Shown here one piece after another: positions 39,032 through 47,922 of a DNA stretch of 64,000 nt. Numbering within the stretch: the stretch's first letter is position 1; every line of letters starts with the position of its first letter. A program made the translations under genes and the position numbers. The stretch is taken from assembly GCA_017610205.1 (NCBI GenBank), contig JAFCCL010000009.1, positions 1 through 64,000 on the forward strand, read 5' to 3'. The stretch comes from Candidatus Iainarchaeum sp. (GTDB taxonomy: Archaea; Iainarchaeota; Iainarchaeia; Iainarchaeales; GCA-2688035). The notes under the pieces were generated by a model, which saw nothing but the letters and a program-made list of their open reading frames with translations, had not been told where the DNA came from and did not search any database.

Positions 39032-40120
39032 ATGGAACTAAACCTTGATGCAATTGAATTTGGAAAAATGCAGATTATTGCAGCAGTTTTAATATTTCTT
39101 TCAACATTGCTGGTTGCATGCATTTTTGGAATGACAGGGATTGGACTAAACGATTTGCTTACATTCAAATTTAACATAGTGCTTGAAAAAATTCTTGCAA
39201 ACTTGCCTACAATTATTTTGTTCTTTCTAGTGCTCTCATTGCCTGTTGCGCTAATAACAGTTTTTGCAAAAAGAATGGAAAAAATAAACCTTATAATTGT
39301 GGCAACGATTTCAAGCTTTCTGGCACTGATAATTGCAATGGTCCTGTTTCCAGCACTGCAAAGTTTCTGGATAGCAGGAATCTTCTACATAATTGCGGTC
39401 TTTTTGGCAATTGAAGAAGCTTTTACAAAATTCAAAGAAATAAAAAAAAGAATTATTGCAAGGGCAAGCTGGTCAACTATGGGAAAGGTTGCTTCGGTTA
39501 TTTCGATTAGCTTGGTTGTTCTGCTCCTTGCAAACATTGTTCCACAACAGGAGGAATACCTTGAAAAAGTTGATGACTTCAGCGCAGGAATTGTGGAAAC
39601 AGTAATGCCAAGCACTGGAGGAAATTCAGGAATTACCTCTGTTTTGGTTGATGCAATAGTGGATACACAGCTTGCTACTGTTAACGCCTTATTGAACAAC
39701 AGTGTTTACACAAAGCTTAGGGAAAAAACAGATCCTGATGTAATTCTTTTTGTTGCCACTGCAGACACTACAAGCGAATACTTTAAAGGCCCTGAATTCA
39801 GGAAAGAAATAGAAAAGCAAATAAACCAAACAGGAACAGGAGTAATGCAGGAAATCAGTTTGGTGAAAATAATAAGAGAGCAATTTCCAGCCATTGAAAC
39901 CATTGAAAAAACCGTTCCGCTTGGAGTTATAATGGGGCTTTTGCACGCACTGGCAATTGCAGGAATCTTTTCAATGCTGGCAATGTTTTTATGCAAGCCA
40001 ACAGCAGCAATTTACGGAATAATAGCAGAAAAAACATTGACAGCTTTACTGCCACAGGAACAGCAAAAAGCCCCACCACAGCAAACAGCCAAAGCCCCAC
40101 CACAGCAAACAGTTAAATAA
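39032..40120 (+). CDS. Multi-pass membrane protein of unknown function
   Basis: About 6 TM helices with a large soluble loop; start moved to ATG 39032 to avoid overlapping map. Confidence 0.75.
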   Translation: MELNLDAIEFGKMQIIAAVLIFLSTLLVACIFGMTGIGLNDLLTFKFNIVLEKILANLPTIILFFLVLSLPVALITVFAKRMEKINLIIVATISSFLALIIAMVLFPALQSFWIAGIFYIIAVFLAIEEAFTKFKEIKKRIIARASWSTMGKVASVISISLVVLLLANIVPQQEEYLEKVDDFSAGIVETVMPSTGGNSGITSVLVDAIVDTQLATVNALLNNSVYTKLREKTDPDVILFVATADTTSEYFKGPEFRKEIEKQINQTGTGVMQEISLVKIIREQFPAIETIEKTVPLGVIMGLLHALAIAGIFSMLAMFLCKPTAAIYGIIAEKTLTALLPQEQQKAPPQQTAKAPPQQTVK

Positions 40121-40153
40121 ACCGTCTAGGAAAAAATACTATATTCTTTGTTT

Positions 40154-40225
40154 GCTCCCGTCTTTCAACGGATAGGAAACTGGCTTGCGGAGCCAGCAAT
40201 CCGGGTTCAATTCCCGGCGGGGGCA
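40154..40225 (+). tRNA. tRNA-Arg(GCG)
   Basis: Acceptor GCTCCCG/CGGGGGC; anticodon arm CTGGC-TTGCGGA-GCCAG; T arm CCGGG-TTCAATT-CCCGG. Confidence 0.93.
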
Positions 40226-40292
40226 TCAGCTCTCCAATTCCGTGCCCTAAGGCCCTTCTTTAAAAAGGCTTCGGTTGAGGAGAGTGAAAAGT

Positions 40293-41465
40293 ATGGAAGA
40301 AGATTTCCATAACTACAAGAAAAGGCTAGAAGCCCAAATAAGGATTCTGAACGAGTCAGATGCATCCAAAGCCAACAGGCAAAAGATTCTGGAATACTAC
40401 AACTATATGCAGGCACGCGGACTTTCCTCCGCAAGGATGTTCAGGTCAATGATAACCCTCAGACAGTTTGCCTGCAGATTCAACAAACAACTTGGCAATG
40501 TAACAGAAAAGGAAATGCAGGCCTATGTTGCATCAAGAAGAGAAGAGGGAAGAAAAACTTCAAGCATTGAAACCGATGTAAAAATACTCAAAGTCTTTTA
40601 CAAATGGATTAATGGAGGAGAATACCCTGCCTGTATCAAAAACATTGTGTACCAAAAGGACAAAGGAAAAAACCTTCCAGAGGAAATGCTGAACGAAGAA
40701 GAGGTCAAAAAGCTTGTTAAGCATGCCCCCGGCGAAAAAGCAAAAGCCCTAATCTCACTGCTAGGGGAATCTGGCGCAAGAATAGGTGAAATTGGAACAC
40801 TGTGCATGAAAAACATAGAATTTGACGAGCACGGGTGTAAAATAACATTGAACGGCAAAACTGGCATGAGAAGAATAAGAGTAGTCAAATGCGCATCCTA
40901 TCTTCTGGAATGGATCAACGTGCACCCAGACTCCAATAATCCAAATGCCCCCATTTGGATTAATATGCAAATCAAACCCTACAAAAGACTATGCTACAAA
41001 TCACTTGAAAAAATTGTCAAAAGTGCAGCATACCGTGCTGGAATAAAAAAACCAGTAAACCCACACCAATTCAGACACAGCAGGGCAACATATCTTTCCC
41101 AATTCCTCACAGAAGCTCAAATGAAAGAATACTTTGACTGGTGCCAGGACAGCAGTATGGCTGCAAGATACATTCACCTTTCAGGCAAACAAGTTGACGA
41201 CGCAATCCTCAAACTCAATGGCATAATCAAAGAAGAACCAAAAGAAGACAATTGCCCGGAAATATATAACCCAGATCAAACAGACTCAGACTTTGATGGA
41301 TTTGGAGATGTTTGCGAACCAAAAATAATTTTAGGGTATGGAGGAGACAAATTGATCGGACAAGACTACAATATCACTTACTCAATACTACCACAGCCGA
41401 CTAAAAAGTTAATTGGACAAGATTACAATATACTACTTGGGTGGAATTGGTACTACACAAACTAA
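40293..41465 (+). CDS. Tyrosine recombinase/integrase with a foreign C-terminal extension (thrombospondin type 3-like repeat)
   Basis: GARIGE, GKTG, HQFRH, W and ARYIH catalytic set; tail DNCPEIYNPDQTDSDFDGFGDVCE. Confidence 0.88.
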   Translation: MEEDFHNYKKRLEAQIRILNESDASKANRQKILEYYNYMQARGLSSARMFRSMITLRQFACRFNKQLGNVTEKEMQAYVASRREEGRKTSSIETDVKILKVFYKWINGGEYPACIKNIVYQKDKGKNLPEEMLNEEEVKKLVKHAPGEKAKALISLLGESGARIGEIGTLCMKNIEFDEHGCKITLNGKTGMRRIRVVKCASYLLEWINVHPDSNNPNAPIWINMQIKPYKRLCYKSLEKIVKSAAYRAGIKKPVNPHQFRHSRATYLSQFLTEAQMKEYFDWCQDSSMAARYIHLSGKQVDDAILKLNGIIKEEPKEDNCPEIYNPDQTDSDFDGFGDVCEPKIILGYGGDKLIGQDYNITYSILPQPTKKLIGQDYNILLGWNWYYTN

Positions 41466-41514
41466 ACTAAATAAGCAGTTTTAAATAGTAGTTTAGCTCT
41501 TTTAAGTTGATTGA

Positions 41515-42000
41515 ATGAATCCTTATGTAAAAAATTTGGGGCCTGTTTTTCTGATTGCTTTGGCGCTTAATGTTGTGTTGAGTTTGAGCCATGCAATTAT
41601 TTTTCAAAATTTCTTCATGAGTGAGTTGATTTTTGCATTTTTGGTATTTTCTGCAGGATTGTTTCTTTTTATAGGAATGTCCCTTGTTTACACCAAGCTT
41701 GGTGGAAAAAAGCCAATCACGGTTTTCTCAATTATTGCAGTTATAATTGCAATAATGGCTTTAACTCTTCGAATGGATTGGCATATTGGATTACTTTTTA
41801 GCGAGCAAAGCTATCTTGTAAACACTTTTTATTTAGAACTTATTTTGCCAATTGGATTAATGATAGTTCTTAGTAAAGGCCTTAAAGAAAACAAATGGGT
41901 TGCCATTACTACAGGCCTAGGATTTGTAATTACTCTATTTTACTATTCTTTTTTCTCAATACTTTTAAAGTATGGCATTTTCATACTTGGCTCATCATAG
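41515..42000 (+). CDS. Membrane protein (~5 TM)
   Basis: Hydrophobic; similar layout to the next ORF. Confidence 0.7.
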   Translation: MNPYVKNLGPVFLIALALNVVLSLSHAIIFQNFFMSELIFAFLVFSAGLFLFIGMSLVYTKLGGKKPITVFSIIAVIIAIMALTLRMDWHIGLLFSEQSYLVNTFYLELILPIGLMIVLSKGLKENKWVAITTGLGFVITLFYYSFFSILLKYGIFILGSS

Positions 42001-42039
42001 CTGACTTTAAATATAAATTTGTTGTTTTAGGTTATTGAA

Positions 42040-42543
42040 ATGCATTCTTATCTGAAAGATTTTGGAAAAGGGTTGTTAGTTGGCTTAGGGGTTAACCTTA
42101 TTTTGACTATTTTGTTTATTAGCATTCTAAATTTTACTGGTTTTATTGAATTTAACTTTTTAACTTCTTTGTTTGCCGAGCCCCTAAGTTTTTTTGAATT
42201 TGCATTCTTGTTTTTTCTTACAGGAACTTTTCTTATAGGCGTATTATTTGTTCTTTTTGAAAAACTTAAAGTGCGGAAACTATTTTTTTGTTTTTTGGGT
42301 TTGCTTGCGGTAATAATTCTAGGCTACTATTTAATCCCCATTACTGAATCATTTTCAGGGCTTTATCTTCTTTTAATTGAGTTTTCTGTGCTTCTGCTAT
42401 TTTGCGGCCTAACATTTTTTCTTTTCAAACAAGCTAAAGGCAACAAAAAATTCGTTTTTATCACGGTTGCACTTTCTTTACTTACGCTAATTTATTATGC
42501 GTTTTTCCTGCTTATATTATCTGCAATGATTTACGGAAGATGA
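42040..42543 (+). CDS. Membrane protein (~5 TM), probable paralog of the preceding gene
   Basis: Y.K..G N-terminus and NK..v.IT...L.YY.FF C-terminal pattern shared. Confidence 0.7.
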   Translation: MHSYLKDFGKGLLVGLGVNLILTILFISILNFTGFIEFNFLTSLFAEPLSFFEFAFLFFLTGTFLIGVLFVLFEKLKVRKLFFCFLGLLAVIILGYYLIPITESFSGLYLLLIEFSVLLLFCGLTFFLFKQAKGNKKFVFITVALSLLTLIYYAFFLLILSAMIYGR

Positions 42544-42653
42544 CACGAAATAAAAATTAATTTTTTCTATTTCTTTCCCAAACCCCTTATCTTTTTGTCC
42601 CCTTTTTGTTTAACAAACAAAGCTCCGGGCTGGCTTTCGCAGGCCGTGTCTAA

Positions 42654-43103
42654 TCATTTTATTTCGTTTGGTCCCATTCCTTCTTTTTTTGTGCTGAAAA
42701 CAAGGCTTGTGTTTGTCCGTGCAATCAATTCGTCGCTAAACATTTTCTGGTTAAATTCATCCAGCTCTTTAGTGTTATGAAATTTTGCTATTAGCACTAG
42801 ATCATAGTCGCCGCTTATTCTGTAAAGTGCTGAAACGTTTGAAGCTTTAGCCCATTTACTGGCTACTGCTTCAAGCCGACCTCGTTCAGCCCGGGCTTTT
42901 ATTACAACGGTTACATCATAGCCAAGCTGATGCAAGTCAAGAACAGGTGTCATGCCCAAAAGGACTTTTTTATGTTTTAGACGCTGCAGCCTACTATTTA
43001 CTGCCGGCGGGGTGATGTCAAGTTTTTCAGCAATCTCTTTCTGCGTTATGTCAGATTTTTTGGAAAGCATACTCAGGATTTTTTTGTCAATTTCATCAAC
43101 CAT
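42654..43103 (-). CDS. Lrp/AsnC family transcriptional regulator
   Basis: DEIDKKILSML...EIAEKLDITPPAVNSRLQRL HTH; ISGDYD in the RAM domain. Confidence 0.92.
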   Translation of the reverse strand: MVDEIDKKILSMLSKKSDITQKEIAEKLDITPPAVNSRLQRLKHKKVLLGMTPVLDLHQLGYDVTVVIKARAERGRLEAVASKWAKASNVSALYRISGDYDLVLIAKFHNTKELDEFNQKMFSDELIARTNTSLVFSTKKEGMGPNEIK

Positions 43104-43375
43104 TGTCCAATCACCTGATAAAAAATTAAATCCAAACCATAAAAACGAAGGATTTATGATTAATTATTAAGCAAAAAAGCGTTTTTAATATAAACTGATT
43201 AACCAATTTGCTTGTTAAATTAACTTTTTAACCGTTTTATTCTTTAATACTTTACTAATTTTACAAGGTTAAAAGGGGAGAAGCGAAATGAATCAACCAT
43301 TTGGTTTAACTTATTTCAACCAAGTTCATATTAATCCTCAGAGGAAAATTATTTTGGGAAAAGAAGGAAGGGGAC

Positions 43376-43885
43376 ATGAAACACGCACTCGAACTTAAAA
43401 AAATATTCAACGGAATAGTCCAAGGCTTTGGATTAAACCACGCACGCGTATACTACACTCTGCTATCAAGCGAAGTAAAAACCACAAAACAACTAATAGA
43501 AGAAACAAACGTAAACCAGGCAACCACCTACGCAGTCCTAAGAGAGCTGCTCAAATGGGAACTAATCAAACACAGCAACACAAACCCAACAACCTATTTT
43601 ATTGACAATCCAATGAAAACCTTCGAACAACAAGTGAAAAAGAAGGAAAAAATAATCAACACCAAAAGAAAGCAACTAGAAAACCTAATAGCCTCTGACC
43701 TAGATGAAACAGAAAAATACCTAATCAAAATAGGAAAAGGCCAGCAAACAAAGCTAGTAAATGTGCTGACAAAAAAAGAAATAACATACCGAGAAGAACT
43801 TGTGAAAATAAGGGAATCACTCGACAAGATGTTAAAAGAGGCGCCGGAAAGAGGAAAATGCCACACTTATTCATTTTATAGATGA
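43376..43885 (+). CDS. TrmB-like winged-helix regulator
   Basis: FGLNHARVYYTLL...TTYAVLRELLKWELI...PTTY TrmB N-terminal pattern. Confidence 0.75.
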   Translation: MKHALELKKIFNGIVQGFGLNHARVYYTLLSSEVKTTKQLIEETNVNQATTYAVLRELLKWELIKHSNTNPTTYFIDNPMKTFEQQVKKKEKIINTKRKQLENLIASDLDETEKYLIKIGKGQQTKLVNVLTKKEITYREELVKIRESLDKMLKEAPERGKCHTYSFYR

Positions 43886-43932
43886 TAAATTTAACATAAA
43901 AAATTTAATTACATGCCTTTTCAACACTTCTT

Positions 43933-44343
43933 ATGAGATTAGATGATTCTACCGAAATAAAAAGTGCAACGCTAATCGATTTGAATAAAGGAAAAGAGTT
44001 GAAACTTTTTGAACGAACAGGATGTAGATGTCACTTCCATAAGGAATTTACTTTCAAAAACTACTTTATCCAACTGCGACTAGACTGGAGTGATATTCGA
44101 AATAATGAACCAACCTTGGACGCGGATATTTGGATTATGAAGGATTACGAGAAAAAATTTTTGAAAAAAGGAGAATGGCATCATACTGAAAGAAAAATTG
44201 ACCCTGAAATGGGAAGAAATATATACAAATTCAGATTCAAAGATTTGGAATTAAGATTAGTATCAAGGAAAACTGTTGCAAAGACTTTCTCTGCTGACGC
44301 TATACTTATAAGGGATTCTGTGGAAGTAGAAAAAAAGAAATAA
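43933..44343 (+). CDS. Hypothetical protein
   Basis: 136-aa ORF in the island; no recognised motif. Confidence 0.55.
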   Translation: MRLDDSTEIKSATLIDLNKGKELKLFERTGCRCHFHKEFTFKNYFIQLRLDWSDIRNNEPTLDADIWIMKDYEKKFLKKGEWHHTERKIDPEMGRNIYKFRFKDLELRLVSRKTVAKTFSADAILIRDSVEVEKKK

Positions 44344-44467
44344 CGAGCTAACAGATAACTTAATTAATCACCTTGCACTATACTGTTTCTGTATAAAAAG
44401 TTCAATCACACCTTTCTGAAGTGGTGAAGGGCATTGGATTTCTAGTTGTTGCCCGGCGGGGGCATGT

Positions 44468-44561
44468 GCCATTGAACCCAAGCAAAATGGCACCGGTTAT
44501 ATTGCAATTTTCCCAAGGCTTTTGCGCGAAGCAGAAAAGGCTTTTCAAATCCCGACAGGCA
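44468..44561. repeat. 94-bp direct repeat, copy 1 (hairpin-rich, contains GCGAAGC)
   Basis: Near-identical to 45073-45166. Confidence 0.95.
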
Positions 44562-44613
44562 ATAGGATATATTTTTATAGTTTTTCAGACATTAAACTTT
44601 TAGAGGCGATTTT

Positions 44614-44826
44614 GTGAAGTACAGAGTTATAGTTAAACATGATGAAGATAATGTATTTGTCGTTACAGTTCCTTCATTACCAGGATGTATTTCCCAGGGC
44701 AAGACAAGAGAAGAGGCCCTGAAAAATATTAAGGATGCAATAGACGGCTATTTGGCAAGCCTTAAAAAACACAATGAACCAATTCCACCAGCAATAGATG
44801 AAGAAGTGGTAGAAGTTTATGCCTAA
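44614..44826 (+). CDS. hicB: HicB-family antitoxin (short form)
   Basis: VPSLPGCISQGKTREEALKNIKDAI motif. Confidence 0.9.
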   Translation: MKYRVIVKHDEDNVFVVTVPSLPGCISQGKTREEALKNIKDAIDGYLASLKKHNEPIPPAIDEEVVEVYA

Positions 44827-45046
44827 GCTTCCGGTTGTTTCTGGCAAAAAAGTTGTAAAGGCACTTGCAAAGTTTGGATTCAAATTAGACCACCAAACAG
44901 GAAGCCATTTGATTCTAAGGCAAAGAAAATACCCTTACCGAAGAGTGAGTATTCCAAACCACAAAGTTATTGCAAAAGGCACACTAAACGAAATCATTAA
45001 AGAAACCGGATTGACAAGAGAGGCCTTCATCAAGGCACTGAAATAG
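44819..45046 (+). CDS. hicA: HicA-family toxin
   Basis: SGKKVVKAL...GF...QTGSH...IPNH...GTLNEI. Confidence 0.9.
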   Translation: MPKLPVVSGKKVVKALAKFGFKLDHQTGSHLILRQRKYPYRRVSIPNHKVIAKGTLNEIIKETGLTREAFIKALK

Positions 45047-45072
45047 TTTTTCAATTCCCAGGTGGAACATAA

Positions 45073-45166
45073 GCCATTGAGCCCAAGCAAAATGGCACCG
45101 GTTATATTGCAATTTTCCCAAGGCTTTTGCGCGAAGCGAAAAAGGCTTTTCAAATCCCGGCAGGCA
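45073..45166. repeat. 94-bp direct repeat, copy 2
   Basis: Near-identical to 44468-44561. Confidence 0.95.
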
Positions 45167-45227
45167 CCCTACTTTTACCAGGAAGAAACAAAAAGGTTTA
45201 TATGCTATACCAACTTATATAGTTACT

Positions 45228-45446
45228 ATGGAAACAACTATTCAGGTTAGTAAGGAGCTTCGCACGGAATTGCAGAACAGAAAGTTTAGCACAAAAGAAA
45301 GCTATGAGAACGTGATTTGGGACTTGATTGAGGACACAGCAGAACTTTCAGAGGAAACAAAAAGAGACATTGCAGAAGCAAGAAAAGAATTCAAGAAAGG
45401 GAAATTTAAAAGCTTGTCCCAGGTAAAAAAAGAGCTGGGTCTGTAA
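45228..45446 (+). CDS. Putative antitoxin (ribbon-helix-helix-like)
   Basis: TTIQVSKELRTEL...ESYENVIWDLI; stop overlaps the RelE start. Confidence 0.75.
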   Translation: METTIQVSKELRTELQNRKFSTKESYENVIWDLIEDTAELSEETKRDIAEARKEFKKGKFKSLSQVKKELGL

Positions 45447-45697
45447 TGCACCAAGTTGTTATTTCCAACAAAGCAGAGTGGCAGCTGAAAAAACTCGAAA
45501 GAAGCTTGCAGGAACGAATCATATCCGCTCTTGAAAGGGCAAGGATTAGACCTGAAGCACACTTCAAAAAACTTGTTGGAGAAGACGCTTACAGCCTAAG
45601 AGTTGGACATTACAGAATAATAGCCGACATTGAAAGAAAAAAACTAATTGTTCTGGTGATAAAAATTGGACACAGAAAAAAAGTTTATAAGAAATAA
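45446..45697 (+). CDS. relE: RelE/ParE-family toxin
   Basis: KKLVGEDAYSLRVGHYRII...VIKIGHRKKVY. Confidence 0.9.
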   Translation: MHQVVISNKAEWQLKKLERSLQERIISALERARIRPEAHFKKLVGEDAYSLRVGHYRIIADIERKKLIVLVIKIGHRKKVYKK

Positions 45698-45757
45698 TTC
45701 AAGAAGAAAACCTGTTTTAGCTGTTCAATTCCAGGCAAGGGCAAAAAACATTTAAAG

Positions 45758-46201
45758 ATGAAAAGAGCAATTGTTATAGAAGAGGTTTTTGAATTGATTG
45801 TAAGAACGTTAAAAAAAGCTGTTAGAGCAGTTGGACTAGTTAGACAAAGGGGCAAAAGCAAAAAGCAAGTTAAGGAAAACCATGAGGCCAAATTTTTAGC
45901 AGCTTTTAAGATAGTAGAAGACAAATGGGTGCAATTTGCAGGACATTACCCTGAAGCTGTTGGAATAATTAGAAAAGACGTTGGTCTTAATTTACAATTT
46001 ATACAAATAGGACACCAGATACACTCTGGTCCATCAATACGATTGCCTGAAGAAAAAAAGCACTTTGCAAACTTTTACGTTGCACTAAAACTTGCAAGAA
46101 CCAAGCTTGGAGAAAAAGAAATTAAGGCTCTTACATTAAGTGCAACAGAAATAAAAGCCTTGGACAAACTTATAGAAAGCTATGCACATTTAGCAAAATA
46201 A
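45758..46201 (+). CDS. Basic hypothetical protein
   Basis: ORF bounded by att-like sequences; start uncertain. Confidence 0.5.
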   Translation: MKRAIVIEEVFELIVRTLKKAVRAVGLVRQRGKSKKQVKENHEAKFLAAFKIVEDKWVQFAGHYPEAVGIIRKDVGLNLQFIQIGHQIHSGPSIRLPEEKKHFANFYVALKLARTKLGEKEIKALTLSATEIKALDKLIESYAHLAK

Positions 46202-46256
46202 ATCCCGACAATAAAAAGGCAACCCTAAAATAGAAGTTTGAACTTATTCAAACCAA

Positions 46257-46547
46257 ATGATTACAAAGGAAGAAATCAGGGATGGGCTTTTGTGCGCTGA
46301 TTGGGCGCTTGTTTCTTTTTTTCTTGTAAAGATGACTCCTTTGGAATTTCTTTCAAGCAGCTTTTTGCAAAACGTTGGAGGAGTAGGACTTTTTTTGGTG
46401 TTTATAATTCTTTTTGAATCGTTTGGAAAAAACATTCTGTGGAAAATAATGGGCAAAAGACACAGGATAAAAAGACAGATTTTTGGATTGGTTGTATTTG
46501 GAATAATAATTGCAGGGTTGTTTGCAATGACCCAGCAAACAGTCTAA
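46257..46547 (+). CDS. Small membrane protein
   Basis: About 3 hydrophobic helices. Confidence 0.6.
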   Translation: MITKEEIRDGLLCADWALVSFFLVKMTPLEFLSSSFLQNVGGVGLFLVFIILFESFGKNILWKIMGKRHRIKRQIFGLVVFGIIIAGLFAMTQQTV

Positions 46548-46607
46548 CTGCATTTTGGGAAATTAAGACAAGATATTAAATGATTTTGCAGGAAGAATTG
46601 TTTTGTA

Positions 46608-46691
46608 GCAGAGATAGGGAAGCGGTCAAACCTGCAGGCCTCAGACGCCTGTCGCTTAGTGCGTTCGGGGGTTCGAATCCTCCTCTCTGCA
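46608..46691 (+). tRNA. tRNA-Leu(CAG)
   Basis: Acceptor GCAGAGA/TCTCTGC; CAGGC-CTCAGAC-GCCTG anticodon arm; long variable arm; TTCGAAT T-loop. Confidence 0.93.
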
Positions 46692-46702
46692 AGGATAAAA
46701 TT

Positions 46703-47380
46703 ATGAAACTGGTACTTTTTGATGTTGACGGAATATTGCTGAAATTCGGAGCTGTTGGCCGTGACTACTGGAAAGTAATTATAAAAAAGCATTTTGGAAT
46801 TGAAACAAACAGGCACAATATTGATATGCAGGGAAAAACAGACAGGGCAATTTTGGCAGAACTCCTTGTGCTTGAAGGAATTAAAGACCCTGAAAGTGAT
46901 AAAAGATTTCTTATAGCATTGAATGATATTGGAAATGTTGTTGCTGAAATAATTAAGGACAAAAAGCTTGAAAAGATTCCAAACGTTGAAAACTTTGTAA
47001 AACAATTAATTCAAGAAAAACACATTGTAGGATTGCTTACAGGAAACACTCGCGAAAAAGCCAGGGCAAAACTTGAAAATGCAGGACTTTGGAAATATTT
47101 CAAAGCAGGGGGTTTTGGTAACAGGAGTCAAAAAAGAAGCGACCTTGTGCAAATAGCTCTTGAAGATGTAAAAGAAAAAACAGGCGTGGAATTTGAAAAA
47201 AAAGATGTTTTCTTAATTGGGGATACTATAAGAGATATTCGGTGTGCAAAAGAAACAGGGGTAAAAATTGTTGCGGTGGCAACAGGAGAGCAGACAGTTC
47301 AATATCTTGAGGAAGAAAAGCCAAATTATCTTTTTGAAAACTTTAATAACTTTGAAAAACTTATAGAAGTGTTTAAATAA
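46703..47380 (+). CDS. HAD-superfamily hydrolase
   Basis: MKLVLFDVDG, LLTGN, IGDTIRD; start corrected to lie downstream of tRNA-Leu. Confidence 0.9.
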   Translation: MKLVLFDVDGILLKFGAVGRDYWKVIIKKHFGIETNRHNIDMQGKTDRAILAELLVLEGIKDPESDKRFLIALNDIGNVVAEIIKDKKLEKIPNVENFVKQLIQEKHIVGLLTGNTREKARAKLENAGLWKYFKAGGFGNRSQKRSDLVQIALEDVKEKTGVEFEKKDVFLIGDTIRDIRCAKETGVKIVAVATGEQTVQYLEEEKPNYLFENFNNFEKLIEVFK

Positions 47381-47453
47381 ATGTTTTTGTAATCCACAAC
47401 GCTTTTTTTGATGCCAATAAACTTTTATAAAGATTGAAACAAATACTTATCTG

Positions 47454-47684
47454 GTGAAAGAAATGGAAAAGCACTTTTCAGCGGTTGTTACCAAAGGCAA
47501 AGTTGCATTTGTGGCATTGTGCCCAGAACTTGGTGTAACAAGTCAGGGAAACAGCGAAAAAACCGCTTTGGCAAATTTGAAAGAAGCAATAGAACTCTAT
47601 TTGGAAGACGAAGACGTTCAAAAAATGCTCAGGAAGAATCCAGCAAAAAAGGCAAAAATTTGTTCAATTGCTATAGGCAGCTGA
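47454..47684 (+). CDS. hicB: HicB-family antitoxin (short form)
   Basis: CPELGVTSQG...ALANLKEAIELYLE. Confidence 0.88.
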   Translation: MKEMEKHFSAVVTKGKVAFVALCPELGVTSQGNSEKTALANLKEAIELYLEDEDVQKMLRKNPAKKAKICSIAIGS

Positions 47685-47694
47685 CTGATTCAAA

Positions 47695-47922
47695 ATGAAA
47701 CTTCCGGTTATTTCAGGAAAACAACTGGTAAAATTTTTGAACAAAGAAGGCTTTGAGGTTGTTAGAAGAAAAGGAAGTCAGGTAAGGCTTAAAAAGAAAA
47801 GTTTGGGAAAAATAATTGTAACAATTGTTCCAATGCATAAAAGGCTTGACCAAGGAACTTTGCTTGGAATATTGAGACAATGCAAAATATCAAAAGAAAA
47901 GATGCAGGAGAATGTGAAATGA
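47695..47922 (+). CDS. hicA: HicA-family toxin with GSH changed to GSQ
   Basis: SGKQLVKFL..GF...RKGSQ...VPMH...GTLLGIL. Confidence 0.85.
   Translation: MKLPVISGKQLVKFLNKEGFEVVRRKGSQVRLKKKSLGKIIVTIVPMHKRLDQGTLLGILRQCKISKEKMQENVK

Larger units (their letters stand above)
40213..44465. mobile_element. Integrated element remnant at tRNA-Arg bounded by the 14-bp direct repeat CCCGGCGGGGGCAT
   Basis: Exact repeat at 40213-40226 (tRNA 3' end) and 44452-44465; integrase gene adjacent to the tRNA. Confidence 0.75.

Noticed and set aside
44410-44450. Remnant tRNA-Arg(TCT) 5' half (AGTGGTGAAGGGCATTGGATTTCTAG)
   Set aside because: Anticodon and acceptor stems cannot be completed; may be an element end sequence or chance
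44468-45166. CRISPR array or IS element
   Set aside because: Repeats are 94 bp, direct, two copies only, and there is no transposase; the 60-62 aa ORFs over them are treated as spurious
46544-47005. ORF-track calls overlapping tRNA-Leu (153-aa minus ORF; 5' extension of the HAD gene from 46580)
   Set aside because: They overlap a well-formed tRNA, and the HAD motif I begins at ATG 46703
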